Notes: generated by a model not told the origin, from the letters alone. DNA of 64,000 bases from a virus (IMGVR_UViG_3300009502_000023:37731-101730), one strand, 5' to 3'. Counted from the stretch's first letter, positions 37,893 to 47,603 are shown. A program made the numbers and translations.

Positions 37893-38395
37893 AAAGAATG
37901 AACGACGACGAAGATGATATCCTTATTGAGATTAATGATGAGGATTATTACATTAAATCATTTAGGTTGGTTCCTGGCGGAATATCTCCTGAAGATAAGA
38001 AACTCATTATGAACAGTATGCTTCATGGTGATAGAGTATTCTTTGGTGGATTAAACGAAGGATCCCCAACCCCATTTAATGTAATAATTTTTAGCAGATA
38101 TGCTGGTGATAGTTATGTTGAAGAATATCTGGATTCTGAATTGGGTTATGATCCAGTTATGATTATCAGCATGCTTAAATGTGAAGATATTAATTCTCAG
38201 ACTTTTCTAAATCGTTTTGCTAATGTTCCTGGTACTCGTCTTGAAGGTGTTGCTAGGAAGACAGCATTGGATCGGTTAGAAAAATACTTCACAGAAAAGC
38301 CACAAGAGAAAACCGCAACTGAATTGATGAATGTTTTTAATCAAATGTCAACTGAGAAACTGGCGGAGTATTGTTACGCCCACGGACTAGCATGA
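37874..38395 (+). CDS. hypothetical acidic protein
   Basis: ORF 173 aa, ATGA-coupled to next gene. Confidence 0.45.
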   Translation: MENDGVKRMNDDEDDILIEINDEDYYIKSFRLVPGGISPEDKKLIMNSMLHGDRVFFGGLNEGSPTPFNVIIFSRYAGDSYVEEYLDSELGYDPVMIISMLKCEDINSQTFLNRFANVPGTRLEGVARKTALDRLEKYFTEKPQEKTATELMNVFNQMSTEKLAEYCYAHGLA

Positions 38396-39198
38396 AAACA
38401 AGAAATGGATTAGTTAGTAATAGTAGTTCGTCTTCTTTTGTTGTGGCGTTTCCTAAGAAACCCAAAACACCAGCAGACGTCTGGAATACTATGTTCTTTG
38501 GTAAAGATGGTGGTATATCTGTATACGAGCGTGATGGACTTTCGTATAGTCAAGTATCTACAGATGTATTCAATAGTCTTAAAGATAAACTTTTTAAGAG
38601 AGCTACTTTAAAAGATATCGTTGAGGAGTTTGAAAATCGTTATCATTATTATATCAATTCTTCAACCATTATGTTCGACGGACAAGAAACTGATAAACAC
38701 GGTGGTTGCTGGTCAGAAAAGATTGATAAGTATTGTGGTAGTGATCCTAAGTTACTAGAGGAACTACGTCAGGAAATTCTTAAGTCTGAGCAACTCTGTT
38801 GTGATCTTCGTGATGAGGAAACACAAATTCTAAAACGAGGACCCAAAGAAGTTCCTTACGCTTGGGGAGGTCATATAAATTACAGTACCAAGAAACCATA
38901 CACCAAGGAACAGATTAAAAGATATAAGAAGTATAGTGATGATGTCCATGAATTCAAACGATCTGATGAAGAGTATATTGCGTATGAGAAAAAGAGGAAC
39001 GAACACTGGCATGATGAAAAGAAAGATAAACTAAAGAAGAAATTAGCTACCGTTGATGCTAAAGCCTTTATGAGAGATAATGAAGGTAAGTTTATCTTCA
39101 TAGTTAGTTATAGTGATAATGACGGTGGTGATGGCAGTACAATGGAGCACGGAAACGTTTTCAAAAATGTTCCGCATATTCGTATCAGTCATCATTGA
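38392..39198 (+). CDS. leader-family protein 5 (MKTRNGLVSNSSSSSF leader; 250-aa charged body)
   Basis: ATG 38392 gives the conserved leader; ORF track start 38371 is an upstream in-frame extension. Confidence 0.65.
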   Translation: MKTRNGLVSNSSSSSFVVAFPKKPKTPADVWNTMFFGKDGGISVYERDGLSYSQVSTDVFNSLKDKLFKRATLKDIVEEFENRYHYYINSSTIMFDGQETDKHGGCWSEKIDKYCGSDPKLLEELRQEILKSEQLCCDLRDEETQILKRGPKEVPYAWGGHINYSTKKPYTKEQIKRYKKYSDDVHEFKRSDEEYIAYEKKRNEHWHDEKKDKLKKKLATVDAKAFMRDNEGKFIFIVSYSDNDGGDGSTMEHGNVFKNVPHIRISHH

Positions 39199-39206
39199 GT
39201 GGTTGT

Positions 39207-39238
39207 GGTGGGTGTAGATTTGATCGTCTACACCCACC
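39207..39238 (+). terminator. stem-loop (12-bp stem) after leader-family gene 5
   Basis: GGTGGGTGTAGA/TCTACACCCACC; no T-run, so weak terminator call. Confidence 0.35.
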
Positions 39239-39250
39239 AATGGAATAACT

Positions 39251-39616
39251 ATGAAAATAAGAGAAGAAATAAATGATCGTTCTAGTGATGAAGATAAACC
39301 AATTTTACTTTGGTTATTTGAACGATATCATATGGAAAGTCAATGGAGATTTGTTGCTCGGTGTACGCATATTCCTTATGGAACATACTCATATGAATCG
39401 CATAGGATGTGGAGTCCAACCCAAGAAGGAAAAAAATTATACTTCTACGGACAAATGTTAGAAGCATTTGAAAAGACCCAAGATGATTTTTCTGTTCTTG
39501 TAACCGCTAATAAACTTAAAGGTACCAGAACAAATTCAGGAATATGGGAAGATCAACTTGATTGTCGAATAGATAGTAATACAATGTTACTCAAAAAAAT
39601 AAAAGGAGAAAAATGA
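39251..39616 (+). CDS. hypothetical protein
   Basis: ORF 121 aa, ATGA-coupled to next gene. Confidence 0.45.
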   Translation: MKIREEINDRSSDEDKPILLWLFERYHMESQWRFVARCTHIPYGTYSYESHRMWSPTQEGKKLYFYGQMLEAFEKTQDDFSVLVTANKLKGTRTNSGIWEDQLDCRIDSNTMLLKKIKGEK

Positions 39617-39981
39617 AAACAAGGAATGGATTGGTTAGTAATTCTAGTTCAAGTTCTTTTCTTATCTACGGTGCAGAAATTACCGATGATATGAAAGAGA
39701 AGATCAAGAAACTTCTTACACCAAAAGAAAATGCTGAAGATGATGATAGTGATAGTCACTATGAATTATCAAAAGCATTTGAGTATGGCACAACAAAGTT
39801 CGGTGTAGACTACATTGTTGGTTGTGGTGGGGATAGTGCATATCTCGGTCTTAGTTGGGGTTCTGTTGACGATGATGAGACAGGAAAACAATTTAAAGAT
39901 AAGATTGAAAAAGCAATTGAATCTATTATCGGTGAGAAGATTAAGTGTTCAACTCATGATGAAGCATGGAATGATTGTTAA
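39613..39981 (+). CDS. leader-family protein 6 (MKTRNGLVSNSSSSSF leader)
   Basis: ORF 122 aa. Confidence 0.65.
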   Translation: MKTRNGLVSNSSSSSFLIYGAEITDDMKEKIKKLLTPKENAEDDDSDSHYELSKAFEYGTTKFGVDYIVGCGGDSAYLGLSWGSVDDDETGKQFKDKIEKAIESIIGEKIKCSTHDEAWNDC

Positions 39982-39995
39982 CAAAGGAAAAGAAA

Positions 39996-40223
39996 ATGAA
40001 GTGTGTCAAGCATGGTGATAAGGTTAGTCGTCTTTCTGAAGAGATGGCTTCCAAACGAGTCGATCAAGGTTGGAAGTATTGTTCTAAGTCTGATTTCAAG
40101 AAAGCAACTAATAAAGAGATAATTGAAAAACCTGTTGCGGTTAAAATCGAAGGACCAAAGAAGCAGAAGAAACAACGTCCTCAGAAGGATGATGCTATTG
40201 ATGCTGCAATTAATCGGAAGTAG
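39996..40223 (+). CDS. hypothetical small basic protein (start probably ATG 39996, MKCVKHG)
   Basis: ORF with GGAAAAGAAA RBS-like upstream. Confidence 0.4.
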   Translation: MKCVKHGDKVSRLSEEMASKRVDQGWKYCSKSDFKKATNKEIIEKPVAVKIEGPKKQKKQRPQKDDAIDAAINRK

Positions 40224-40276
40224 TCAAAGTTTAAGTTAATAGTAATCAGTTATTGGAAACAAACAAAGAGGTACAA

Positions 40277-41863
40277 ATGTTTACGTTTATCATCGGAATC
40301 ATTTTCATTCTCGCTGGGCTTATTGTCTCGGTTGTTGCTAGTGATCTGGATCGTATTATTCGAACTATTATCCTGGTCCTTACAGTTATCGTTGGTCTTA
40401 CATGCGTTGTCGGTTCTTCGACTTTGTATGTTAAGCCAAGCGAGGGTGGTATCATTGTTAAGAAATTCGGGTCGTCGTTGAAGGAAGGTCATATTATTGC
40501 AGTAAATGGTGAGCGAGGTGTTCAGGCTGAGGTTCTATCTCCTGGATGGAGCTTTGGTTGGTGGCCGTGGCTCTACGACTGCGAGAGTCTTCCTAACATG
40601 AATATCCCAGAAGGTAAAGTTGGTGTGGTTGTGGCAAATGATGGACAGCCACTTCCTGTCAATGAAATCTATGCGGATGCGTGGGAATCTCCAAACAAGA
40701 TGGTTGATGCTATGGAATTCTTAACCAAGGGTGGTAAGAAGGGTCCTCAGCTTACCGTACTTCCTCCTGGACAGTATCGGTTCAATCCAAAGTTGTTTGA
40801 TATTTCTATTGCTCCATGTGTAGATATTACTATTGGTGAAGTTGGTGTCGTTCGAGCAAATGCAGGTAATGTATATAAAAATACAAATACTGTATCTATC
40901 AGCGGTGTTCAACTTGTACCAAAGGGATATAAGGGCATCTGGAATGAAGCATTGCTTCCTGGGAAGTATTACCTTCACCCGAACGCGTATCAAGTAGTTC
41001 ATAAGGCTACCATTAAGAAGATGTATAGCTATACTGGTTCGGAAGGTACTGAGTCTCATTCAAAGGCTGATCGTCCTCACATTGATGCTTCGATTCAAAC
41101 TCGTTCTGTTGATGGATTTAATATTCCTGTTGACGTTCGTGTGTTGACAAGTGTTCGTGCGGAGAATGCACCTTGGGTTGTTGCTAAGTTCGGCAATCCA
41201 GATGCTATGTCTGCAGATGGTTATGAAACGATTGAAACTCTTTCAATTCTTCCTACCATCCGGACAATTCTTCGTAATGCAGCTCAGAATGAGGGTGCAA
41301 TGCAATTTGTCCAAAAGCGTTCAGAAGTTGAGAAAGCTGCATATATGCAGTTTACATCTGAAATGCTAAAGGATAAGATTGATGTCGAGGGTGTTTATCT
41401 TGCTGATATTCGGTTAGATTCAACACCTGAAGGCAAGGCACTCTTGAAGACTCAAACCGATAAGCAAATTGCTGATCAGCAAAAGGCAATGTATCAACAA
41501 CAGGTACTCGCAGAGAATGAAAGAGCCAAGCAGGTTACTGCAGCTAGTGCAGCTGACCAGCAAAAGCGTATTCAGGAATCTCTTGCTGGTATCGAGTTTG
41601 AGAAAAATGGTGCTGAAGCTGCCAGGAATAAAGCTATCGGCGAGGCATCTGCATATAAGGCGAAGGTTGAAGCTCTCGGTGGTGTAGAGAACTTTACCAA
41701 GCTTGAGATTACAAAGATGATGGTTGAAGCTATGAGTAAGACATGGAAGGGTGAAGTACCCAACATTGTCATTCTGGGTGGTGGAAATGGTTCTGGTCTG
41801 AATGATGTCATGACGGGAGTATTTTCACAGCAGATGCAGGCTCAAGCTACGCAGAAGAAGTAG
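40277..41863 (+). CDS. SPFH/band-7 (flotillin/YqiK-like) membrane protein, GC-rich codon usage
   Basis: N-terminal TM helix, SPFH-like core, C-terminal Ala/Glu/Gln-rich coiled-coil flotillin-type repeats; codon usage like 8994/29181 genes. Confidence 0.55.
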   Translation: MFTFIIGIIFILAGLIVSVVASDLDRIIRTIILVLTVIVGLTCVVGSSTLYVKPSEGGIIVKKFGSSLKEGHIIAVNGERGVQAEVLSPGWSFGWWPWLYDCESLPNMNIPEGKVGVVVANDGQPLPVNEIYADAWESPNKMVDAMEFLTKGGKKGPQLTVLPPGQYRFNPKLFDISIAPCVDITIGEVGVVRANAGNVYKNTNTVSISGVQLVPKGYKGIWNEALLPGKYYLHPNAYQVVHKATIKKMYSYTGSEGTESHSKADRPHIDASIQTRSVDGFNIPVDVRVLTSVRAENAPWVVAKFGNPDAMSADGYETIETLSILPTIRTILRNAAQNEGAMQFVQKRSEVEKAAYMQFTSEMLKDKIDVEGVYLADIRLDSTPEGKALLKTQTDKQIADQQKAMYQQQVLAENERAKQVTAASAADQQKRIQESLAGIEFEKNGAEAARNKAIGEASAYKAKVEALGGVENFTKLEITKMMVEAMSKTWKGEVPNIVILGGGNGSGLNDVMTGVFSQQMQAQATQKK

Positions 41864-41924
41864 GATTTAACTTGGGAGCAGTGATCTGAAATATGGTCAC
41901 TGCCCACTTTCACAAGGAATAATA

Positions 41925-42218
41925 ATGAGTGATGGATACTGTGCATCATTGGTAGTTGCTAAAGCATGTAATGATTATAATGATGCTAGAGATATATGGA
42001 TGAGAGAAACCTGTGAATTAAAAGGAATGAAAGTATCTTTTGAATACTGGAATTCACTTATCAATGAAGATGATAGATATAGACATAGAGAAAACCCATT
42101 TAGATTTGAGCAAAAAGAAAAGAATATAGAACACTTTAAATCTAAAATGGATCATGCATTAGAATTAAAAGAATTCGTTCAAAAGGTTTGTTGTCCTCAT
42201 TTAGAGGATTTGTATTAA
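41925..42218 (+). CDS. hypothetical protein
   Basis: ORF 97 aa. Confidence 0.4.
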   Translation: MSDGYCASLVVAKACNDYNDARDIWMRETCELKGMKVSFEYWNSLINEDDRYRHRENPFRFEQKEKNIEHFKSKMDHALELKEFVQKVCCPHLEDLY

Positions 42219-42239
42219 AGTTTATAAGGAGAAAATATC

Positions 42240-42545
42240 ATGGGTGAACTTATTCCTTTCCTGGCGGTAGCGATTATTATAATGGTTGGTGTGATTGCAT
42301 TGTACTGGAAGAAGATCATCAATGCTAAACTATCAAGTCACTCGATGGATAATGATCAGATAATCTTTCGACAAGTAATTGATATCAGTTCAACACAGGC
42401 AGATGAATTGATTCATAAGATATGTGCTGTTCAGCGTAAAGCAGCGGATGACAATGAATTTCAAAATGTAGATTTTAATGTTACTGATAAGATGATTCTT
42501 CGATTTGTGATTAAATCTTCTAAAACATCAGAGATCAAAACGTGA
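42240..42545 (+). CDS. hypothetical protein with N-terminal TM helix
   Basis: ORF 101 aa, AAGGAG RBS. Confidence 0.4.
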   Translation: MGELIPFLAVAIIIMVGVIALYWKKIINAKLSSHSMDNDQIIFRQVIDISSTQADELIHKICAVQRKAADDNEFQNVDFNVTDKMILRFVIKSSKTSEIKT

Positions 42546-43603
42546 TATTAAATAATGAAGTAAAAGTCATTAATCTGATGGAAGGTAGATTTGTTGAAGG
42601 ATCTGCCTTCGAAGCTTATAGCGTTGGTGGGCCAACAAGATTGTATACTATGGATAGAAATGTATGTGATATTACTTTAAAATCATTAAAAGACAAATTA
42701 ACTGATAGATATTGTTTTTATTTTCTGGTGGGTGATCAGAATAGTAACCCAATCCCAATTTATGTTGGTAAAAGTAAAGACTATATAAAACACAGAGCAA
42801 CTGATCATATAGAAAAAGATTATTGGACTAAACTTATTATCGTTACTGATTATTATTCTATGGATGAAACAATGAGTCTTAATCTTGAAGATACTTATAA
42901 AGAACTATTGAAAGTTAATCCATATTTTGACGTCAGAAGTATGAGTCAGCGAACAGTTTTACATTTGGACGATTCGAAATTAAAAAATTTAATTACCGCT
43001 ACTTTTAAGTTATTACTGCAAAGAGTTGAACCAATCCTGTGTAATAAAATGTTCATACATGATGATATTCGATCAAACACAATTGATATATCACCAGAAG
43101 ATCCAGAAGCAATGATATATAGTGACAGATTTATTCCAGACATAATGCATCGTTATCCTGATTGGTTAATCTTTAAAGATTCAGTTGGTAGAAAAATTAA
43201 TGTTGACGGTGTCGATAAAGTTGTTAAAAATATACTTTATTGTGTATTTAATCCGGCGAAGAATAAAAATCAGTGGGCTATTATTGCTGGATCAAAAATA
43301 CATATAAATGTAACAGAATTCATACAAAATGAAATTTTAATATCTAGATCAAAGGTATTTAAAACAGACAGGTATCTTCAAGACTGTTCAGATAATCCAC
43401 ATTTACGTCGCGTCCGAGAAGATATAGTGGATTTAAATATTACTGCAGTAAATAATATTGGTCATGGTGATCAAGCACACGGTCATGATTTATATGAACT
43501 ACATTCTAATTTACCATATCACTATTTGAGAAAGGATGGAAAATTATTTAAAGATACAATTACAAAATTACAAAATTGCATTAGTTGGATCCTACCAGAA
43601 TAG
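42542..43603 (+). CDS. hypothetical protein with possible GIY-YIG/T5orf172-like N-terminal motif
   Basis: YFLVGDQNSNPIPIYVGKSKDYIKHRATDH resembles GIY...YIG..R..H spacing; tentative. Confidence 0.35.
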   Translation: MILNNEVKVINLMEGRFVEGSAFEAYSVGGPTRLYTMDRNVCDITLKSLKDKLTDRYCFYFLVGDQNSNPIPIYVGKSKDYIKHRATDHIEKDYWTKLIIVTDYYSMDETMSLNLEDTYKELLKVNPYFDVRSMSQRTVLHLDDSKLKNLITATFKLLLQRVEPILCNKMFIHDDIRSNTIDISPEDPEAMIYSDRFIPDIMHRYPDWLIFKDSVGRKINVDGVDKVVKNILYCVFNPAKNKNQWAIIAGSKIHINVTEFIQNEILISRSKVFKTDRYLQDCSDNPHLRRVREDIVDLNITAVNNIGHGDQAHGHDLYELHSNLPYHYLRKDGKLFKDTITKLQNCISWILPE

Positions 43604-43612
43604 AAAGAAAAA

Positions 43613-44194
43613 ATGAAATACGTATCCATTGATATCGAAACAACCGGATTGAATCCTAATACCTGTTCAATCATTGAGTTTGGTGCTGTGATTGATGATC
43701 TGTCAAATCCCAAACCATTAAATGAATTACAGTCATTCCATCGATATATTGATTGTGCTGATTCAAATAAACTAATACGAGGTGAACCATATGCACTTTC
43801 AATGCATGGAGAAATCTTTAAACGATTAGCAGAACGAGATACTTTAAAATATGGATTTTGTTCTCCTGATCGTTTAACTGAAGAATTTTATAATTTCATT
43901 TTAGAAATATGTAAAAGTCGGTTTCCAATTACTGTAGCAGGTAAGAATTTTTCTGGATTTGATCTTCGATTTCTAAGGAAACTTAATAATTGGGAAAAAC
44001 TTATTAAAATTCATCATAGAGTTATTGATCCCGCAATTCTGTTCTGGGATCCTTCTGATGAGAAGTTACCAAATACAGAACTATGCAAGGTCAGAGCTGG
44101 TATACCGGGTGAAGTTGAACATACAGCAATCTCTGATTGTTTAGATATAATTCAACTTGTTCGTCGTGGAGCTTATAGGAAATGGAAAAATTAA
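43613..44194 (+). CDS. DEDDh 3'-5' exonuclease (DnaQ-like)
   Basis: Exo I motif VSIDIETTGL; Exo III-type H...D near C-terminus. Confidence 0.7.
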   Translation: MKYVSIDIETTGLNPNTCSIIEFGAVIDDLSNPKPLNELQSFHRYIDCADSNKLIRGEPYALSMHGEIFKRLAERDTLKYGFCSPDRLTEEFYNFILEICKSRFPITVAGKNFSGFDLRFLRKLNNWEKLIKIHHRVIDPAILFWDPSDEKLPNTELCKVRAGIPGEVEHTAISDCLDIIQLVRRGAYRKWKN

Positions 44195-44436
44195 TTGTTG
44201 AGTCGGTTCGAAAATGGCTGGGTGCTGGTGGTATCAAATTCTTCACTGATCTGAAAAAGAAATATGGAAGAATCGATGCTATCTTTATGGAAGATGGAAT
44301 TCCACACCCAGTACATTTTCGTGAAGGAATGCAGGTTAGAAATTTTCTTCGATCATTACCAGAGTGTAAAGACTGGACAGATCATCAGTTCGATGATAAC
44401 TGGGTGAGTATAATTGAAGAGGTTATAAAAACATGA
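44182..44436 (+). CDS. hypothetical protein
   Basis: ORF 84 aa. Confidence 0.4.
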   Translation: MEKLIVESVRKWLGAGGIKFFTDLKKKYGRIDAIFMEDGIPHPVHFREGMQVRNFLRSLPECKDWTDHQFDDNWVSIIEEVIKT

Positions 44437-44666
44437 CATTCTACGATGTTCTAGTTCAAGCATATGTTGGTAAAACTATCAAGAGTATAGTTCAACATAA
44501 TGCGCCAACATTTCTTAAAGAAGTTGCTGATTCATTTCAAGGTAAAAAAATAAATAGAGTATGGATAAATGTTACAGACATAGAAGATCAAAGAGTAATG
44601 TTTGAAGTAGAAGGTATAAATTATCCACTGGCTTTATACTTCCATGAAAATATTGAGTTAGAATAA
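44433..44666 (+). CDS. hypothetical protein
   Basis: ORF 77 aa. Confidence 0.4.
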   Translation: MTFYDVLVQAYVGKTIKSIVQHNAPTFLKEVADSFQGKKINRVWINVTDIEDQRVMFEVEGINYPLALYFHENIELE

Positions 44667-44858
44667 TTTTTCAAGTTCTTGAAAAAATAAAAAGGAGTAC
44701 ATGATGAAAATGAAGAAATGGTATGTGGAAACAAACAATACTCATTATGAATTTTCAGAATGGAAGAAAGCAGTTTCTTTTTTTAAAAATTGTTCTTCCA
44801 CATCTTTTTTGTATCGATCGAATGGAACATTGTTAGATTGTAAATAAGGAAACTTGAT

Positions 44859-46709
44859 ATGTGTGGTATTGTTGGATTCTATGCACGAGAAAGTGCAATT
44901 GATTATAAACATCTTGATACTCTATTCATGGGTGCTGAGAAACGCGGTCAGGATGGTTTTGGTTATGTCTTGATTAGAAAAGAAAATGGTAAACGAGTAT
45001 TCAAAGTTTCTTTTAAGAGTGCTGAACCATATTCTAAAATTAAAGATGCAGTCAAGAAAGATCTACAATGTTGTGGAATTCAGATTGGTGATTTGCTTAT
45101 CGCAATTGCTCGAGCTGCACCCGAGACAGAAGGTGAAACAAATGCTGATGATTTAGCAGAAACTATGCAACCGATTATTAATCATACCCATGGTTTATAT
45201 ATCGTACATAATGGTGCTGTGAGTAATAAGATCCACAGAGAATTACAGTTGAATTCTTCATTTACCGGATACAATTTTAAAACAAAGATTGATTCTGAAG
45301 CTATTGCTGCTGCTTATGTTTTGAAACAAAGAAATATGAAAGATGCTATGGAGTATCTTTCTGGTGGATTTGCTGCAATAGTGTATGATCAATTTAAGGA
45401 TATGGTTTATGTCATTAATGATTTTAAACCAATCGCCCACGGTTATGTTAAAGGTGTTGGTTTCTTTCTGCATAGTGATAATGATGTTCTGGGTGAAGTA
45501 ATCAAAAGTATTACATCCTGCGAAAGGGATGGAATATGTATGTGGGAAAACTTTTATCATCACTATTTAAGCGGTGGAAGAATTAAAGAGATTGATCTTG
45601 ATTCTGGTTTCATGAGAAACATCAAGTATTCTCCAAGATTCATTACTCCGAAATGGGATAGTAATCGAGGAATTAAAGTTCAACCAGAAAATAAAAGTAT
45701 CAAAGCTGAAATTTGTGCTATAGAAGATGCAAAAATTTACACGTGCATAACGGGTGGTGATGATAGTCTTTGTTTAGTTGCCGCTAGTGGTGGACTTGAT
45801 AGTTCAATGACATTGGCAACTTTAAAAATGGCTGGTTACAATAACATCATAGCTTGTCATTTCAATTATGGTCATCGAGGTAGTAAAGCAGAGTACATGG
45901 CGATTCAAGCTATCTGTATTGAGTTAGGTATTCCTCTACAGTACTTTGATTTATCTGGTAACTATAGAGCTATGGGTACCACATCAATGCTTACTGATAG
46001 TAATGCAAAAATTACTACTGGGACAGCTGATGGGTTAAAGCAACTAGAAGCTTGGGTTAACTTGAGAAATACTCAATTCTTAACTTGGATGGCAACGTAT
46101 GCTGAGTCTTTAGTAATGAAATTTAACTATAAGAAGGTTTACTTCCTTGGGGGTTTCTTAAATCTTTCTGAGTCTGGTCATTACCCAGATAATTCAGAAT
46201 ACTTTTTACAAACCTTCTTAGACCATCTTAAATATGGTTCTTTAATCGGACAAAGGATTATCCCTTTATATTGTCTAAGTAACATTATGAAGCACGAATT
46301 GTTTGTCATGATTAAAGCGTTTGGTTTGGAAAATGTATATCGTCATACAATCAGTTGTGATCGTCCGATGATTGAAACACCATCTTGTGATCATACTAGA
46401 ATAAATCATATTCCAAAGAATTCATTCGATGGAGTAGCTTGTAATTGTATGAAGGATGGAATGCCCGCTTGTGGAAGTGGACTGCTTAGTTACTGGGGTG
46501 CTAAGATGGTTGGTATGGATGATATGAAACTTCGTAATTTCTGTGAAGTAGATGATCCAGACTATCATGCTTATATTCCAGAACACATTAAATCAAAGTT
46601 TAATAAAACACCAGATATTAATACAATTATCAACAGGATTATTTTACCTGAAGATAAACTAAACAACTTAAGGAAACGTTTGAATGAAAACAAGAAACTC
46701 ATTAGTTAG
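44859..46709 (+). CDS. queC: glutamine amidotransferase (class II, Ntn Cys2) fused to QueC-like 7-cyano-7-deazaguanine synthase (Gat-QueC)
   Basis: MCGIVGF N-terminal nucleophile; PP-loop SGGLDS; FNYGHRG (QueC FDYGQRH); C-terminal Cys cluster. Confidence 0.75.
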   Translation: MCGIVGFYARESAIDYKHLDTLFMGAEKRGQDGFGYVLIRKENGKRVFKVSFKSAEPYSKIKDAVKKDLQCCGIQIGDLLIAIARAAPETEGETNADDLAETMQPIINHTHGLYIVHNGAVSNKIHRELQLNSSFTGYNFKTKIDSEAIAAAYVLKQRNMKDAMEYLSGGFAAIVYDQFKDMVYVINDFKPIAHGYVKGVGFFLHSDNDVLGEVIKSITSCERDGICMWENFYHHYLSGGRIKEIDLDSGFMRNIKYSPRFITPKWDSNRGIKVQPENKSIKAEICAIEDAKIYTCITGGDDSLCLVAASGGLDSSMTLATLKMAGYNNIIACHFNYGHRGSKAEYMAIQAICIELGIPLQYFDLSGNYRAMGTTSMLTDSNAKITTGTADGLKQLEAWVNLRNTQFLTWMATYAESLVMKFNYKKVYFLGGFLNLSESGHYPDNSEYFLQTFLDHLKYGSLIGQRIIPLYCLSNIMKHELFVMIKAFGLENVYRHTISCDRPMIETPSCDHTRINHIPKNSFDGVACNCMKDGMPACGSGLLSYWGAKMVGMDDMKLRNFCEVDDPDYHAYIPEHIKSKFNKTPDINTIINRIILPEDKLNNLRKRLNENKKLIS

Positions 46710-47004
46710 TAACTCGAGTTCAGCAAGTTTCGTTATTCTGTGGAAACGAATTCGAGATGATGGTGAAGTAGATCAAGATCTTGATAGTGTATTTCATGGT
46801 CTTGATTATGATCTGAGTGATGTTTCCAAAATCAAAGTCGCATCAACAATACTTGCTGATGGTATTGTTAAGACTAAGTTCTGGACAAGCATGATGAATA
46901 GTTATGCTGATTTTGGAATAGAAGCACTTGAACTTCATACTATGTTGTCAATGCAAAAGACTAAATTTATTTTGATTACTGCTGAAGTTGATTCAGATGA
47001 TTAA
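46684..47004 (+). CDS. leader-family protein 7 (MKTRNSLVSNSSSASF leader)
   Basis: ORF 106 aa overlapping Gat-QueC 3' end by 26 nt in another frame. Confidence 0.6.
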   Translation: MKTRNSLVSNSSSASFVILWKRIRDDGEVDQDLDSVFHGLDYDLSDVSKIKVASTILADGIVKTKFWTSMMNSYADFGIEALELHTMLSMQKTKFILITAEVDSDD

Positions 47005-47016
47005 AGGATATATACT

Positions 47017-47304
47017 ATGGAAGAACTAGATACTAATTTATACGATGTTCTTTTTTACTGGAATGCTGGTGAAACTTCAAAAGAATGTAAACAATACTGT
47101 GCTGAAACTCTTTGTAATATTCTTAATTTCACACCACCATTATCTGTAAAACTAATTTATGAATCTATCAAGAATGGTAAAACATTATTGTTAACTACAA
47201 GGAATGTTGATAAAGCAATTATGGTTAGAGATACATTATTGTCGATGCATATGAAATGTGAGATATGTGCATATGATGTGTTTAAGAACAAAGGAACTAA
47301 ATGA
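47017..47304 (+). CDS. hypothetical protein
   Basis: ORF 95 aa. Confidence 0.4.
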   Translation: MEELDTNLYDVLFYWNAGETSKECKQYCAETLCNILNFTPPLSVKLIYESIKNGKTLLLTTRNVDKAIMVRDTLLSMHMKCEICAYDVFKNKGTK

Positions 47305-47534
47305 GCGATGAATTAAAATTTGTACAAAAATTACAAGAGTGTGTTAAAGAATGGAAACAGAAATCAAATCAGACTAGAGATGATCATGATACTGCTGCAT
47401 TCTATAATCCCGGATTAAAGAAATTTTTAAAAGATCATCAAGCAGAAATGAATATTCTTTCTACTATGTCATTTGAACGACCATTTATGAGTTGGATGAA
47501 ATCTTATCTACTTTCAGAGAAGAAGGAAGATTGA
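47301..47534 (+). CDS. hypothetical protein
   Basis: ORF 77 aa. Confidence 0.4.
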   Translation: MSDELKFVQKLQECVKEWKQKSNQTRDDHDTAAFYNPGLKKFLKDHQAEMNILSTMSFERPFMSWMKSYLLSEKKED

Positions 47535-47543
47535 TTGAACTAA

Positions 47544-47590
47544 CTACCAGTTTAGTTAATCAAACAACTAAACTGGTAGTATAGTTTTAA
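47544..47590 (+). terminator. rho-independent terminator
   Basis: 14-bp perfect stem CTACCAGTTTAGTT/AACTAAACTGGTAG then TATAGTTTTA. Confidence 0.55.
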
Positions 47591-47603
47591 AGGAGATTAA
47601 AGT

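Noticed and set aside
41876-41906. A possible terminator after the SPFH gene.
   Set aside because: The stem is only about 7 bp with mismatches and no T-run, which is too weak to call.
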